From assembly GCA_038087875.1 (NCBI GenBank), contig CM075990.1:17300001-17364000 (forward strand): a DNA stretch of 64,000 bases, read 5' to 3'. Positions 50,470-64,000 of the stretch are shown in pieces (position 1 is the first letter of the stretch; each line of letters begins with the position of its first letter). The notes beneath the pieces were generated by a model that was not told the origin of the DNA, did no database searches, and saw only the letters and a program-made list of their open reading frames with translations. A program made the position numbers and the translations under genes. This stretch comes from Malacoraja senta (lineage: Eukaryota).

Positions 50470-50945
50470 CAGCACAGTGGAGCAGCTGGTAGAGCCACTG
50501 CCTCATGGCACCAGAGACCCTGGTTCGATCCTGACCTCGGGTACTGCCTGTGTGGAGTTAGCATGTTCTCCCTGTTTCTCCCTGCGCAGATTTCTTCTGG
50601 GTGCTCTGGTTCCTCTTGCATCACAAAGATGTGCATGTTTGTAGGCTAATTGACACTCTGTAAATTGCCCCTAGTGTGTAGGGAGTGGATCTGCTTCATT
50701 TTGCATATGGCGTGCACAGCCTAAAGTTGCAGGACAACGTTCTATTTGATCTTATTTGATTGTGCACGCCGGGTTGATTGCATTCGTCAAAACAGGGCGG
50801 ACCACGTGATGGTTGCAATCTCCCACCCCAAGGAGTGGATGAGAAAGTGGGATAACAGAACTAGTGTGAATGGGTGATCGATGGTTGACATGGACTCGGT
50901 GGGCCGAAGGGCCTGTTTCCATTCTGTTTTTCTGAAACTAATTCT
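50470..50945 (+). mobile_element. V-SINE (HE1-like) interrupted by HDV-headed element copy E
   Basis: SINE sequence resumes after 50829. Confidence 0.8.
50691..50829 (-). mobile_element. HDV-ribozyme-headed short retroelement, copy E, nested in a V-SINE
   Basis: Same 5' end; TSD agggagtggat/aaggagtggat duplicates host SINE sequence. Confidence 0.85.
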
Positions 50946-52079
50946 GAACCCATGAGAAAGGTAACACACCAAGGTTCGCGTATGTTGTGCTGTCTGGAAC
51001 AGGTTTCTGTACGTGACTGCTAGCAAGTACAGGAAGCTGATGAAACAGTACTGATAGGTTTCATCTTTGGTAAAATCTCCACAGTGGTTAGTGATGAATG
51101 AATGAACGAGAAGGGCAACAGGTTGGAGAACAAAGGCACAAGGAACTGCAAAGGCTGCACTCTTGAGCAGAAAACAAAGTGCAGAGGAGCTCAGTGGGTC
51201 TGCAGCATCTGTGGAGCGAATGGACAGTTGACGTTTTGGGTTGGGACCGTTCTTCAGACTGTCGGAGAGTGAATTTGCCCGGAGCGATGCTGGTGGATTG
51301 TGTTGGCATTCAGATGTTTAGCTGCATTGACCAGGATAGTCATAGAGCTGTACTGCACAGAACCAGGCCCTTTGGCCCATCTTGTCCATGCCAACCAAGT
51401 TGGCATATTGGGCTAGTCCCACTTGTCTTTATTTGGCCCACAGAACTTTATGTTTCCTATCCATAGATCTGTCCAAATGTCTACTTATTTATCATAATTG
51501 TATCCACTTATATAGCTTCATCTGGCAGCTCATTCCAGATACAGACTTTCCTCTGAGTGAAAAAGGTGCCTCAGGGGAAGTGGAATTGGAAGTGCTGGGG
51601 GAGGCAGGGGAGTGGTGGAATCTTACGTTGGGGAATGGGTTGCGTTGGGGGACCAGGCCTCCCGTGGGGCTATGGGTGAGTGGTGGAATATTACGTTGGG
51701 GGAACGGGTGAGTGGTGGAATGTTCCGTTGGGGGAATGGGCAACGGGTCCCACTTGGGCTAGTGCATTTATAAAAAGCACCAACATGTGGCAATAATAAT
51801 AAATCAAACAAAACTTCCAGTAATCCGTTGACTTGCTTAAAGCTGCCTGTCATCAGAGCTCGGGTCTACTCTCCACAGATGCTGCCTGACCCACTGAGTT
51901 CCTCCAGCACTTTGTGTTTTACTCAAGATTCCGGCATCTGCTGTTTCATGTGTCTTGGGCCATGCTCCTTCAGTAAATATTTCCCCCGTTCCTTGACAAA
52001 GGCCCTCGGGACATATTTCCAAAGATGTTGCTATGTAAATGCCCGTATTGTTTAATATTATCACCCACTCGATCTTTGA

Positions 52080-52375
52080 CTTTAGTCTTTAGACTTTGAA
52101 GATGCAGGCTGGAAACAGGTCCTTCAGTCCAATGGGTCCATGCCAAACAGCAATCAACCTGTACATTCTCTTACGCACATTAGGGACAATTTTACAACTT
52201 ACCAAAGCCAATTAATCTACAAACCGGCACGTCTTTGGAGTGAGGGAAGAAACTGGAGAAAACCAACATGGTCAAGGGGAGAACGTACAAACTCTGTACA
52301 GACAGCACCCATAGTCAGGATTGAACCCAGGTCTCTGGCGCTGTGAGGTAGCAACTCTACCGCTGCACCACCCTG
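52080..52375 (-). mobile_element. V-SINE (HE1-like)
   Basis: Full-length, diverged. Confidence 0.8.
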
Positions 52376-52974
52376 CCTGCAACGGACCCTGAGCAGCTAT
52401 CAATGTTGTGAAGACCAAGCTGCCCGTGATTCTGTGGTGTGGCAGTGCACTGGTTAATGTCTGTCTTCCTTCCTGATTCAGTAGCTGGAGTCTGATCCTT
52501 TCCCCGTCACCTCCCTCCCTCCCTCCCTCCAGTCCCAAACCCACCGCATGTGTTAATGTCCATCACACACAACTGTGAGGTCACTGTGCAGAAGGCTCCT
52601 GGGAACCTCGCCACAGAATCCATCACCTATTATAGTATTGCTTGCATGTAAGCCTGGAGGGGTTTACTCCACTAAGCAGAGGGCTGGGAAACCTGCTGTT
52701 CTCTTGCTAGAGATATCCTCAACTCATCTTCTGACGTTCTTTATCGAGAAGCAAGTGTCTGGATTTCTTAAAAGAGAAATGCCCCATAAATATTTTCCTG
52801 GCCCAGTTGCCAGCAGTTACGGTGGCAAATTGCCTTGAGGTCCAAATCTGAAGAACAGGGACGGTTCATGACGGAAAACAGCTTTCTGTAATTGAAAATA
52901 CATGTTTGTTCTTTTGCTTGAAAGCCAGGGCCTTTAAACTGCAGTGACTTGTTACTGGAGTTAGTGGAAGACTG

Positions 52975-53411
52975 AACTTCCCTTCCATCTACACTTCACG
53001 CTGCCTCGGCAAGGCCAGCAGCATAATTAAGGACCAGTCTCACCCTAGTCACTCCCTCATCTCCCCTCTCCCATCAGGCAAGAGGTACAGAAGTGTGAAA
53101 ACGCACACCTGCAGATTCAGGGACAGTTTCTTCCCAGCTGTTATCAGGCAACTGAACCATCCTACCAATAACTAGCGAGCGGTCCTGAGCTACTATCTAC
53201 CTCATTGGAGACCCTCGGACTACCTTCGATCGGACTGTATTAGCTTTATCTTGCACTAATAACATTATTTACGTAATTCCCTTTCTCATGTATCTGTACA
53301 CTGTGGACGGCTCGACTGCATTCATGTATTGTCTTTCTGCTGACTGGTTAGTACGCAACAAGAGCTTTTCACTGTACCTCGGTACACGTGACAATAAACT
53401 AAACTGAACTA
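52975..53411 (+). mobile_element. Rex1/Babar-type LINE 3' end
   Basis: PSGKRYRSVKTHTCRFRDSFFPAVIRQLN, then 3' UTR ending gtgacaataaactaaac; related pieces at ~4025-4140, 8297-8500, 21365-21650. Confidence 0.7.
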
Positions 53412-53739
53412 AAGACTTGGAGCATCTGGAAGAGCACAAGCCCCTTGCATTCACTCAGCGAGGTGACGAGATGGTGTACTGTACTGGAAAGCTCAGACCT
53501 TGTCTCGGCTGATGACTGGCAAACTTATTTTGACCCGATGATGCAAGCGTTCTATTTATGGCGCAGAGATGTGCCCAAGGATCATGTGTGGGAAGCCTGG
53601 GCTCACTTTAAAGAGCACAAAAACAAATTATTAGGAAAGAAACCACGTCTCAGGCAGGGATTTTCCACGCCTCAGAGTGGTTTAATGTTTGATTGAATCC
53701 GAGGCTTTCATTCTAATAGGGTAAGTAGGTCGTCAAAAT

Positions 53740-54149
53740 AGTTATCCAAATATAAAAATAGCTGACCATGGTGTTTGTTTCATCTGTGTGATACTCAATA
53801 CCTACAGCACTGCCCGCTCGCATTGGCTCCCGCATCTGATCAACTCTTTTTGGTTTCTGCTTTCAGGAGATCTATTTCGGTTCCCTTTCCTGAAGTTACC
53901 TCCCCCTTGCAATCTTTCACTCCGTTCTGCTAGATCACCCAAGAACTTCGAGAAGTTTGGCAAGCACCTTCCTTTCAAATTGTCTTTAGTGTGATAAGAT
54001 GGCACAGCCAGAGTAACAAGAAATCGCTTGCTTTCAACACAGTCGCTCCGAACTGAATGAAAAGTCAAACAACACCCCAGAAAACCAATGGCGAGGAAGG
54101 ATTAGGAATGAAGGCACTTTAACTATTAATGGGAAGGGAGCTCTGATGG
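53740..54149 (+). promoter_or_regulatory. Putative TATA/MEF2-like promoter and first exon ending at donor 54149
   Basis: TATAAAAATAG at 53751-53761, unique sequence, strong donor ATGG|GTAAGT at 54149/54150. Confidence 0.35.
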
Positions 54150-56344
54150 GTAAGTTTCTCTCTCAGTCATTTTTAGGTACAATTTTATTTTTGAAATTCC
54201 AATTCTCCACAAGACTTTGGCACTCGTGCATAAACCTTTCACTGCAGATAGAAAACAAAATACTCCACTGCAAGTAATCTGATTTCTAATCTGTCGTGGA
54301 CTATTTTGGATTAGGTTTGGTATTTAAGATGAATTTGCTTAAAACGTTTCCCTTCACCGTGGGACTGGAGGGTCAGTGTACAGCAGGATGTAACACAAGA
54401 GCTCACAATCGCACAGATTGAGGCAAGAACAGGAATGATCGTAGCAGCAGGTGGCAGCTACAGTAGGTGCTGGTTAGCTGAAGTAATCTTTGTGACATTT
54501 GATTAAATATTGTGCGTTTGTGTAATTATTTTGGTGTATTTGTGTTGGTGTCAGTTATGCTATTACATTGAGGTATGAGTACTTTAAAACAGGTTTTCAG
54601 TTTGTACTAAGCTATTCTGTGGCAAAGAATGTGAGGTGCAGGCTAACTAACGACAGGGTTTACTCTGGGATGAAGAACACTCAGGGTGATGTTGGACTTT
54701 GATAGAAACATGTGTGAGCTCTCATTAGACTCAAGCTTTGCTGCAAACTCAAAACTGTTGCTTTGACAAGTGATGAAGAATTCCTGCTGTCATAAATTTT
54801 ACTCAAAGCGCCTGAATTAGGTCAAATCGCAGAAAATTCTCCTTGTGGCTTGGTGCCAGACGGCAATGTTGGACCAAGAGGTGCATGGCCACGTGGCGTA
54901 GTCGGAAGTGGAGGACAAGGATACACCCTGACCTCCACCATCTGCATGTTAGTCCACAACATACGTAACATTAGACAAGTCTCCATGTATCTGTCTTTAT
55001 CCCACAATGGGCTTGTATCCACTTGAGTCCAGAGGAGAGAAAGGAGGCTTGATTGAAACATAGAATCCTACATGGTTCTGTCATTGCCGGTGTGGGGAGG
55101 ATGTTCCTCTTGTTGGGGAAGTCTCGAACTTGATGTCATTGCTTGAAAATAAGGGTCTGTCCATTTAAGAACAAGATTAAACTTTTTATTTTCTCTCTGA
55201 GGGTCACGAGTCTTCAGAACTCCCTTCCCAAAGGGTTGTGGAATACTTTAAAGAAAAATGGTAATCACCAAGTATGTAGAAGATTACTGTGATAGAGAAG
55301 GATAGAGTGTTTAAATTATATTGGGAATAACCATGATCTTAATAAATAGTCGAGGAATCTCGATGAGCTGCATATTCTCTCGCTCTATATATTTGTACAT
55401 TGATACACCCTATGGCCTCACTGACTGTAATGGAACCTTTTGCAATTTTAAGTGATTATTATGTTTTTATTTACTTTCCTCGTCTACATGATAGGTCCTT
55501 GATTGTATGGTTACCTATCTCACAGTGGTATATTGTTCCCATGGAAGTGTCTGGGACATGAGTTAAATGTCAGTGATAATGTCCTGAGTTTCAATGATTC
55601 CATGATCCTTTATTGTCACGTGTACCTACTGTAGGGACAGTGAAATGCTTTGTTTTACGTACAACCCGGTAAGATCATACAGCAAACTCACCTAGGCAGT
55701 ACACCAGAGTCACCACGTGTCCGATGCCGACAATGTTGCAAAATGGCCAACAAAATTCCCATCACTTCCTCTGTGATGATGTCCCTTGAATGTTCGCAGT
55801 CTGGACGTGAGCGAGGTCAATTACTCCAGAGTTTTAAAGCTGAACAGGAATTATAACCTCTGCCTCTGACTTTTATGCCTAGCAGCCAACTGCAAAGGCC
55901 GAGCAAAATCATTACATGTTGGGAACAAGTCCAAGGCCACGTTGGTTGAATAACGCTCGCTGTCCTGTTTTGGTTGGAGTCGAGAGTCCTTTTATTCACC
56001 TGCCGTGAGTGGTCTGTTGATCAGGAAGTTAAGATCTGGTGTCAGACCTGTTGGTCAAGGTGACAACAGGGCAGTGGATGTAATGTCTAATTTTGTCATT
56101 AATTTTTAGGATCTACGTTAGATACACAATCACAAGGGGGACATTGTTTGAAATGTCATTTTTTAATACGATGGAATTGATTGCTTTGAAGATACAGCAA
56201 TTGTATACATTCAACAGTTGAATCTAATGCTATAATATGACAAACATATTAAATCCATGCATGTGTCAGAACAATGAGCACCTCAAACTAAAAGCAGTAA
56301 ATCTAGAGTTTGTGGTTGGTGCTCCATGTTCTTGTTGTTATCAT

Positions 56345-57686
56345 TAGAGTCATAGAGTGATACAGTGTGGAAACAGGCCCTTCGGCCCAACTTGCCCACA
56401 CCAGCCAATATGTCCCAGCTACACTAGTCATAGAGTGATACAGTGTGGAAACAGGCCCTTTGGGCCCAACTTGCCCATACTAGCCAACATGTCCCAGCGA
56501 CACTAGTCATAGAATGATACAGTGTGGAAACAGGCCCTTCGGCCCAACTTGCCCACACTGGCCAACATGTCCCAGCTACACTAGTCATAGAATGATACAG
56601 TGTGGAAACAGGCCCTTCGGCCCAACTTGCCCATACCAGCCAACATGTCCCATCTACACTAGTCATAGAGTGATACAGTGTGGAAACAGGCCCTTCGGCC
56701 CAACTTGCCCACACTGGCCAACATGTCCCAGCTACACTAGTCATAGAATGATACAGTGTGGAAACAGGCCCTTCAGCCCAACTTGCCCACACCGGCCAAC
56801 ATGTCCCAGCTACACTAGTCCCACCTGCCAGCATTTGGTCCATATCCCTCCAAACCTGTCCTATCCATGTACCTGTTTAACTGCTTATCAAATGTTGGGA
56901 TAGCCCCAGCCTTAACTACCTCCTCTGGCAGCTTGTTCCATACACCCACCACCCTTTGTGTGAGAAAGTTACCCCTCAGATTCCTATTAAATCTTTTCCC
57001 CTTCACCTTAAATCTATGTCCTCTGGTCCTCGATTCACCTACTCTGGGCGAGAGACTCTCTATAAGATCACCCCTCATTCACCTGCGCTCCAAGGAATAG
57101 AGACCCAGCCTCCTCGACCTCTGCCTATAGCTCAGACCCTCTAGTTCTGACCACATCCTCGTAAATCTTCTCTGTACCCTTTCAGCTTGACAACATCTTT
57201 CCTATAACACAGTGCCCATAACTGAACTCACCAACACCTTATACAACTGCAACATGACTTCCCAACTTCTATACTCAAAACTCTGGCTGATGAAAGACAA
57301 TGTGCCAAAAGCTTTTTTGACCACCCGATCTACTGCACCTGTGACTCCACCTTCAAGGAACCATGCACCTGTACTCCTAAATCCCTCTGCTCTATAACAC
57401 TACCCAGAGTCCTACCATTCACTGTGTAGGTCCTGCCCATGTCAGACTTCCCAAAATGCAACACCTCACATTTTTCTGCATTAAATTCCATCAACCATTC
57501 CTCTTCCCACTTGGCTAATTGATCAAAATCCTGCTGCAATGTTTCACAACCATCTTCACTATCTGCAAAACCACCCACTTTTGTATCATCTGCAAACTTG
57601 CTAATCTTGGCCTGTATGTTCTCATCCAAATGATTGATAAAGATGACAAACAGTAATGGGCCCAGCACCGAACCCTGAGGCACACC
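56345..57686 (-). mobile_element. 5'-truncated CR1 LINE with RT remnant and tandemly amplified 3' tail
   Basis: VPQGSVLGPLLF...FADDTK, RGDLIE..ESRTRGH..QRVVGVWNKLP; frameshifts and deletions. Confidence 0.9.
56348..56816. repeat. Six tandem 78-bp copies of the CR1 3' end
   Basis: agtcataga.tgatacagtgtggaaacaggccc... starts at 56348, 56426, 56505, 56583, 56661, 56739. Confidence 0.95.
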
Positions 57687-58271
57687 AGATTATTTAGACT
57701 TTAGAGGTACTGTAAGGAAACATGCGCTTCGGCTCATCGAGTCCGCGCCGACCAGTGATCACCCCGTACACGAACGCTATCCGACACACTTGGGAGAATT
57801 TATAATTTTACCGAAGCCATTAATCTACAAACCTGTGTGGCTTTGGAGTGTGGGTGGAAACTGGAGGACCGAAGAAAATAGGTGACGATTCGGGTTAGGA
57901 CCCTTCTACAGACTTCCAGGACCTCACTTGTCAGGTTTTCTTCAACCCCTCCCCTCACTTCCATTTTCCAGCTTTCTCTCCCGCTCCATCAGTCAGAAGA
58001 ATGATCCTGACCTGAAACATCGCCTCCACATTACCTACAGAGATGCTGCCTGACCTGCTGAGTTCCTCCAGTACTTTGTGTTTTGCTCAAGTTTCCAGCA
58101 TCTGCAGTTTGTTGTGTCTCCATTCCTTGAACCCATATGAGTTCTCGTAGCCAAACCTTTGATGCAGCGTGTATCTGAAGGTGAACTTGTTCAGTATCAG
58201 AATAAGTTCACCCAGGCAATGGTTGAATGGACCTTTGCTCAATGTGATTGATTGACCCAAAGAGGTGATTA

Positions 58272-58513
58272 TTTTCACCCAGAGAGTTGTGAATCTGTGG
58301 AATTCTCTGCCACGGAAGGCAGTGGAGGCCAATTCACTGGATGTATTCAAGAGAGAATTAGATAGAGCTAGAGAGCTAACGGAATCAAGGGATATGGGGA
58401 GAAAGCAGGAACGGGGTACTGATTCTGGATGATCAGCCATGATCATATTGAATGGTGGTGCTGGCTCGAAGGGCCGAATGGCCAACTCCTGCACCTACTT
58501 TCTATGTTTCTAT
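58272..58513 (+). mobile_element. CR1 3' end
   Basis: Same as 2950-3256. Confidence 0.8.
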
Positions 58514-60923
58514 GATTGATACTTTATTGTCACTGGTCACTTGGTACAGTGAGGTTCTTTGTTTGCAAGTAAAGGGTGCCAACAACATTACAAAAGTGTT
58601 AAATATAGTCCCTCTTCCTTCCCCCCCCCCCACCCCACCAGCAATCCCTCTTTGTTCCCTCTGCGCCCCCCCCCCCCCCCCCCCCCCCGTGCCGGGTCCC
58701 TCTTTGTTCTTTGTTCAAGGAAGAGTCCTCAGACAATCTGGTGTGGAATAGAATCTCGTGGGTCTAACTAAACCGCGGCAAAAATAAGTGAGTTTGTTTT
58801 ATCAATGTTGGTTAAAAGATAACAGACCAGGGAGTACTGGCATGGGCTTTTATATGCAGAGGGCTTTGCCTTAATGTCTCAATATTGGAAGAGATAGGGT
58901 GAATGCAGTCTTTGACCTAGGCTAGGAGAAATCAAGAACCAGAGGTCATAGGTTTAAGGTGAGTGGGGAAAGTTTTAATAAGAACCTGAGGGGCAACTTT
59001 TTCACACAGAGGGTGGTGGGTATATGGAACGAGTTTCCAGAAGAGGTAGTTGAGGCAGGTACTATTACTGTTTCTAGAAGACACTTGGACAGGTACATGG
59101 ATAGGGAAGGTTTAGAGGGATGGGAATGCAGGAAGGTGCGAATTGTGTAGATGGAGCATCATGGGTGAGTTGGGCTGAAGGGCCTGTTTCCATGCTGGAT
59201 GACTATGGCCCCTCAAAAAACAGCAAAAATACACAAGGGGCCCCTCTTCCGAAATGATGAATCGTTCAAATCTCCTAAATGTTTTTGTCATTGTAAATTG
59301 TTCTGTAGATATATAGAGTATCGGTTGACTAATTGTCCAAATTTAGGCCAGGCAGCTGCCTCACCCGCTGTGCATGAATCTGTCTCTCTCATAGCTCAGA
59401 TGGTCGCATTCTCACCTCTCAGTCGAAAGTCGCAGAGACTTGTTTTTCAGCCGGTCTTGTCTTGTCCGTGTTGCATTTGACGCACTGGGCTTCAGCAGAC
59501 AGGGAATTGAGTACAGAAGGGATGTGATGTTTATTATACAAGATACTGGCGAGGCTGCACGTGGAGTATTGCCTTCAGTTCTGGTCACCCTGCTACAGCA
59601 AGGATTGCAGAGAAGATTTACGAGGATGTTGCCAAGAGACGAGACCATGAACTATAGCAGGAGTTTGGGTTAGGCTGGAACTTTATTCCTTGGGGCACAG
59701 GAGGATGAGGGGTGATCTTATAGAAGGGTTTAAAATCTGAAAGGAAATGCCTGGAGCGAATGTAGTGTCTTTTTCCTAAGGTAGGGGAATCATAAACTAT
59801 AGAGAATAGTTTAAGGTGAGGGTAATAAACCAATGCCAATACACTTCAGTACCAACTTGAGGGAATTGGAAGCACCACCTCTTCATTTAGCAGAGAGCAA
59901 GTGTTCCCACAGATTATTGTGAAAGATTAGAGGAGTCATAGTCATAGAGTCTCACTGGAAATTCCTCAATTATTCAATACTGTATCAGTCATCATGCAGT
60001 GTGGTGTATCTGTATACCTATTGGCTGTCTGAGGAAGGGTCTCGACCTGAAACGTCACCCATTCCTTCTCTCCAGAGATGCTGCCTGTCCCGCTGAGTTA
60101 CTCCAGCTTTTTGTTGATACTTAGTGGCTGCAGTGCTTCAACTGTACATTCGTCAGTACTCCAGTGGACATCTTGAGGTCGTGGTTAGGTATTAAGTCTT
60201 TGTACGTCACCCTGCACAGAGGGAGAGCGTGGCTGGCCTTCTGCGATGAGTTAGTGAGTGTAGCTGTGTGGGATTTCCACCCTGGATTGTCCTCACTAAG
60301 TGTTCTGCTCTTGCTGCAGAGAGTTTGCCATGGCAACTGGTGTCTCTCCCTCAGCTCCACATCAGGAAGAACATAAGTGAAACTAATAAATGTTACAATT
60401 CAATCCAATTTGATTATGATTTAAATAATTGAGGAGATTAGCTCATGGAAACGCGATCATAATAGAACGGGATTGATTTTCTTTCTCTTGATCTTCTCCT
60501 GGGCTGTGTTCCAGAATTCTACACACCATTGGATTTTGTCTCTGGAACTGATGCGCTACAATGCTGAGAACTATATTCTGCACTCTGTATCCTCCCCTCT
60601 GCCCTACCTATTGTACTTGTGTTTGTCTCAGAGATATCAGAGATATCAGTGATAGATACTGTAGATTCTTGATTAGTGGAGGTGTCAGAGGTTATGGGGA
60701 GAAGGCAGCAGAATGGGGTTAGGAGGGAGAGATCGATCCGCCATGATTGAGCCATGATCAGACTTGATGGGCTGAATAGCCTAATTCTACTCCTATCCCT
60801 TATGACATGACTTGGTTATATTTATATACAGTATTATCTGATTTCTTTGGATAGCGTGCGAAGCAAAGCTTTTGACTGCAGCTCGGTACACGTGACAATA
60901 ATAAACCTAAACATAAACCTTAA

Positions 60924-61158
60924 GGGCCTGTCCCACTTAGGCGACTCTTTAGGCGACTGCCAGGGACTAATTTTAATGGAATTCACCTACGACACCTGGC
61001 GACAACCTACGACAGCCCCATATGACAACCTATGACACCTACGCCAACCTACGACAGCAAAAATTGTTGCCACTGTCGCCAGAAAATGTTCAACATGTTG
61101 AAAATTTTGCAGCAGTCGCCTGTAGTCGCCCAAAAAATCGCCTAAGTGGGACGGGCCC
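60924..61158. mobile_element. PIF/Harbinger-like MITE
   Basis: TIR GGGCCTGTCCCACTTAGGCGA / TCGCCTAAGTGGGACGGGCCC, TTA/TAA flanks, internal ACCTACGAC repeats. Confidence 0.85.
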
Positions 61159-61589
61159 ATAAACTTAAGCCAGACACTGCATCTCTCTCACCGGTTGCAA
61201 TGCCTGAGGTGGTGACCTCCTGGAGCTGTGCATTAACCGGACTTCTGACCTCGAGCAGCTTTACCACTCCAGCCGAAAGTGCCGGCTATTTTTTCATTTC
61301 TTCTCCTCCAGTTGCTTGTGGTTGGGTCATTTTCTAGGTCACTGACTGTGCAGCTGATAGTACTTTAGGCAGGTGTACGGCACCTGCCTAACAACACGCT
61401 GCACATCGGCCGATTTCTCTCACAAAACCACATTTGCAAGCACACAATCTAGAGTACTGCCCATGGAGCCATTGTGGATTGAATAGATGTGGATTGAAGA
61501 AAAATTAGCCTGGGAATGATTAACTTTTGGGAAGTAAGTCTTTAACAAAACCACTGCCATCTACAGTTACGTCCATATTTATAGTTATG

Positions 61590-61885
61590 GGTGGCATGGT
61601 GGCGCAGCGGTAGAGTTGCTGCCTTACAGCATCATTGACCCAGGTTCAATCCTGACTACGGGTGCTGTCTGTACGGAGTTTGTACATTTTCCCCGTGACC
61701 ATGTGGGTTTTCTCCAGGATCTCCAGTTTCCTCCCACAAAGACGTACTGGTTTGTCGGCTTAATGGCTTTGGTAAAATTGTAAATTGTCCCCAGTGTGTA
61801 TAGGATGGTGTTAGTGTGCGGGGATCACTGGTCAGCATGGACCCTGTGGGCCAAAGGGCCTGTATCCGCGCTGTATCTCTAAAAC
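61590..61885 (+). mobile_element. V-SINE (HE1-like)
   Basis: Full-length copy. Confidence 0.85.
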
Positions 61886-63877
61886 TATAGTTAACTACTT
61901 TGTCTAAATGTCAGTCCGCTTTGATACAAATATAGTTGGAAGACGTTGCTGTAATGAGGCCATTGTGATTCTGCTATAGGATGGAGATAGATGGAGTGAC
62001 TGGGCAAAAAGCTGACAATTTATGGTGATAAAATAAATCAAAAGCTGGATGATTATCAAAGTGGAGAGAGACTGCAGATTTGTGATGATCAGAAGGATTG
62101 AGATGTTCCAATACATGAATCACCAGATGTTAGCAGGCAGGGGCACCAAAGCAGAAGTGTCCACGTCGCGGGGCTGGAAGCTGGAAGTATCCTGAGCTAA
62201 TTCTGCTGCCACCATCATCTATTGCAACAAGTGATGGCTTCCACTGATTGTCGCCGGAAGCTTGCGTCCTTTTCAGGATGGACGATGTCAACATTTGAAA
62301 CATGGAAGGTGGACACGAAAGAAGTAGCAAGCAGGTCCAACAAGTAGTTTGGAGGGAAAGGAGCATGTTGACGTTAATTGTAGAGGATGGAGTTGAAGCA
62401 TGGGGAAGGTTAGTTCCAGTTGTATGTAGCGTTGGTGAGGCCACACCTGGAATACCGTGCACAGTAAGGTGCCTTTACCTAAGACAATACAGTAACATGA
62501 GGCAGTCCAAGGGAGAATCCCCACGTTAATTCCTGGGATCACAGGGTTGTCCGATCAAGAGAGGCACTTTGTATTTCTTGTAGTTTAGAAGAATGAGGGG
62601 TGACCTATTCAAATGTATAAGATCCCAAGGAGGCTTGACAAGGTATTTACATTGAACAACTCTGACGGTCGACTCTATCTTTGCCTCTCATAATTTGATA
62701 CACTTCTCCTCGCAACCTCCAGTATTCCAGAGAAAACAATCCAAGTCTGTCCAACTTCTCCCTGAAGTTAGCAGCTTTGCGTCTGTCTAAACTTTGAAGT
62801 AAAGAAAGACACAGAGTGCTGGAGTAACTCAGCGGGTCAGGCAGCATCTGTGGAGAACATGGATAGGTGACGTTTCAGATCGGGACTCTTCTTCAGATTG
62901 TGGTGGTGGGTCGGAGTGGTGGTGGTGGGGGGGGGGGGGATTAAGCTGGAAGAGAGGTGAGTCAGGACAAAGCCTGGAGAGTGATAGTTGGATACAGGTG
63001 AGGGGTGTGTTTGATAGGCAGATGGTTGGACAGAAGCCAGAGAAGTGTGAGAAAAGGCTAGAAAAGTTGGGATTTGTGAAGCCTGAGGAAGGAATAGAGG
63101 TGGAAGGGAAGAAATGAGAGCAACACGTTGAAGTGATTTGTTCATCCCCGGGTACTGTCTTCTCTCTGTTCTCGCCTGCACCAATCAGGTGTTGATGGAT
63201 TGGCACAGCTTCAAGTTCCAGAGCTTTGCTGCACTTCAACAACTCTTTACACTCATTCACTAATCCTAATTTATCCTCTTCACCAGAATCCCTCCGTCCC
63301 ACACGATGGTCCTCTGCCCTTCACCTTGGATTCTCAATTAATATAGCAGATGCCATGCCAGAGATGCTGCAAATAGCGGCAATGAAATCATCTGCTCTGT
63401 CGAGCTGCAACATCTCACTCTTTCCAGCCCTTGGTGATCAGAGCTGCGGCTCGCTTTTTGCTTCAAGGACTCCATTTAGAGCTCTCTCCTGCGTAGCTCT
63501 GCGGATCTGAGACACCCAACCTTTTCAAATGTCCTGATTATTTATTTTAATAATAATCTGGCCACTCACCTGAACTCATGGGGAACTGAGCTGAATGTTA
63601 TAATCAATAACAGAATAGGACCTCTCTTTGATATAGTTATACCCTAACCCATTACATACCTTGAAAATTAGTGCCTGCATAGTGTCTGCCTTAATTGAGA
63701 CACTTTCCTAATTAAGTGTTCAAGAGTCTCGAGTGTTTAAATGATCATACACACCAGTTATTGGACAATTAAATCATTTTTTGCTACATCTTTACTGGCC
63801 TTTAAGCACAAGAACACAAACAACTAAATGTATAATAATCAGTTAAATAATAAGTAAATATTCAGCAATGCGAGATA

Positions 63878-64000
63878 ACTTCGCTCAGTCCGCCTGGGCC
63901 TATCATGATCTCCCAGTTGCCAAACACTTTAAGTCTCCCTCCCATTCCCACACTGACCTTTCTGTCCTGGGCCTCCTCCATTGTCAGTGAGGCCAAATGC
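63878..64000 (+). mobile_element. Penelope-like GIY-YIG endonuclease C-terminal fragment (runs off window)
   Basis: Translates DLPVAKHFKSPSHSHTDLSVLGLLHCQ. Confidence 0.7.

Noticed and set aside
53445..53696. 83-aa ORF in unique sequence
   Set aside because: Non-ATG start, no recognisable homology, no clear exon boundaries
56424..56903. Repetitive ORFs on both strands and CRISPR-like periodicity
   Set aside because: Tandem 78-bp CR1 tail copies with no unique spacers; eukaryotic context

Overview
Repeat-rich vertebrate genomic DNA, most likely a cartilaginous fish (skate/ray-like, inferred from HE1-type V-SINEs and CR1 subfamilies). Almost all six-frame ORFs are repeat-derived noise. One spliced gene can be reconstructed by hand on the minus strand: a TMEM273 (C10orf128) orthologue, 7 coding exons over 11526-42915, about 119 aa, with a signal peptide and one TM helix. 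Divergent plus-strand first-exon candidates lie at ~48.3-48.5 kb and ~53.75-54.15 kb (possibly the syntenic C10orf71). Repeats include CR1, Rex1/Babar and RTE LINE fragments, V-SINEs, Penelope-like elements with minimal hammerhead motifs, PIF/Harbinger-like MITEs, a tRNA-Ala pseudogene and several tandem repeats. The most notable finding is a ~140-bp non-autonomous retroelement, present in 5 copies, whose first 54 nt fold by inspection into a complete minimal HDV-like ribozyme and whose 5' end coincides with the predicted self-cleavage site. All calls are by eye; repeat boundaries are approximate.
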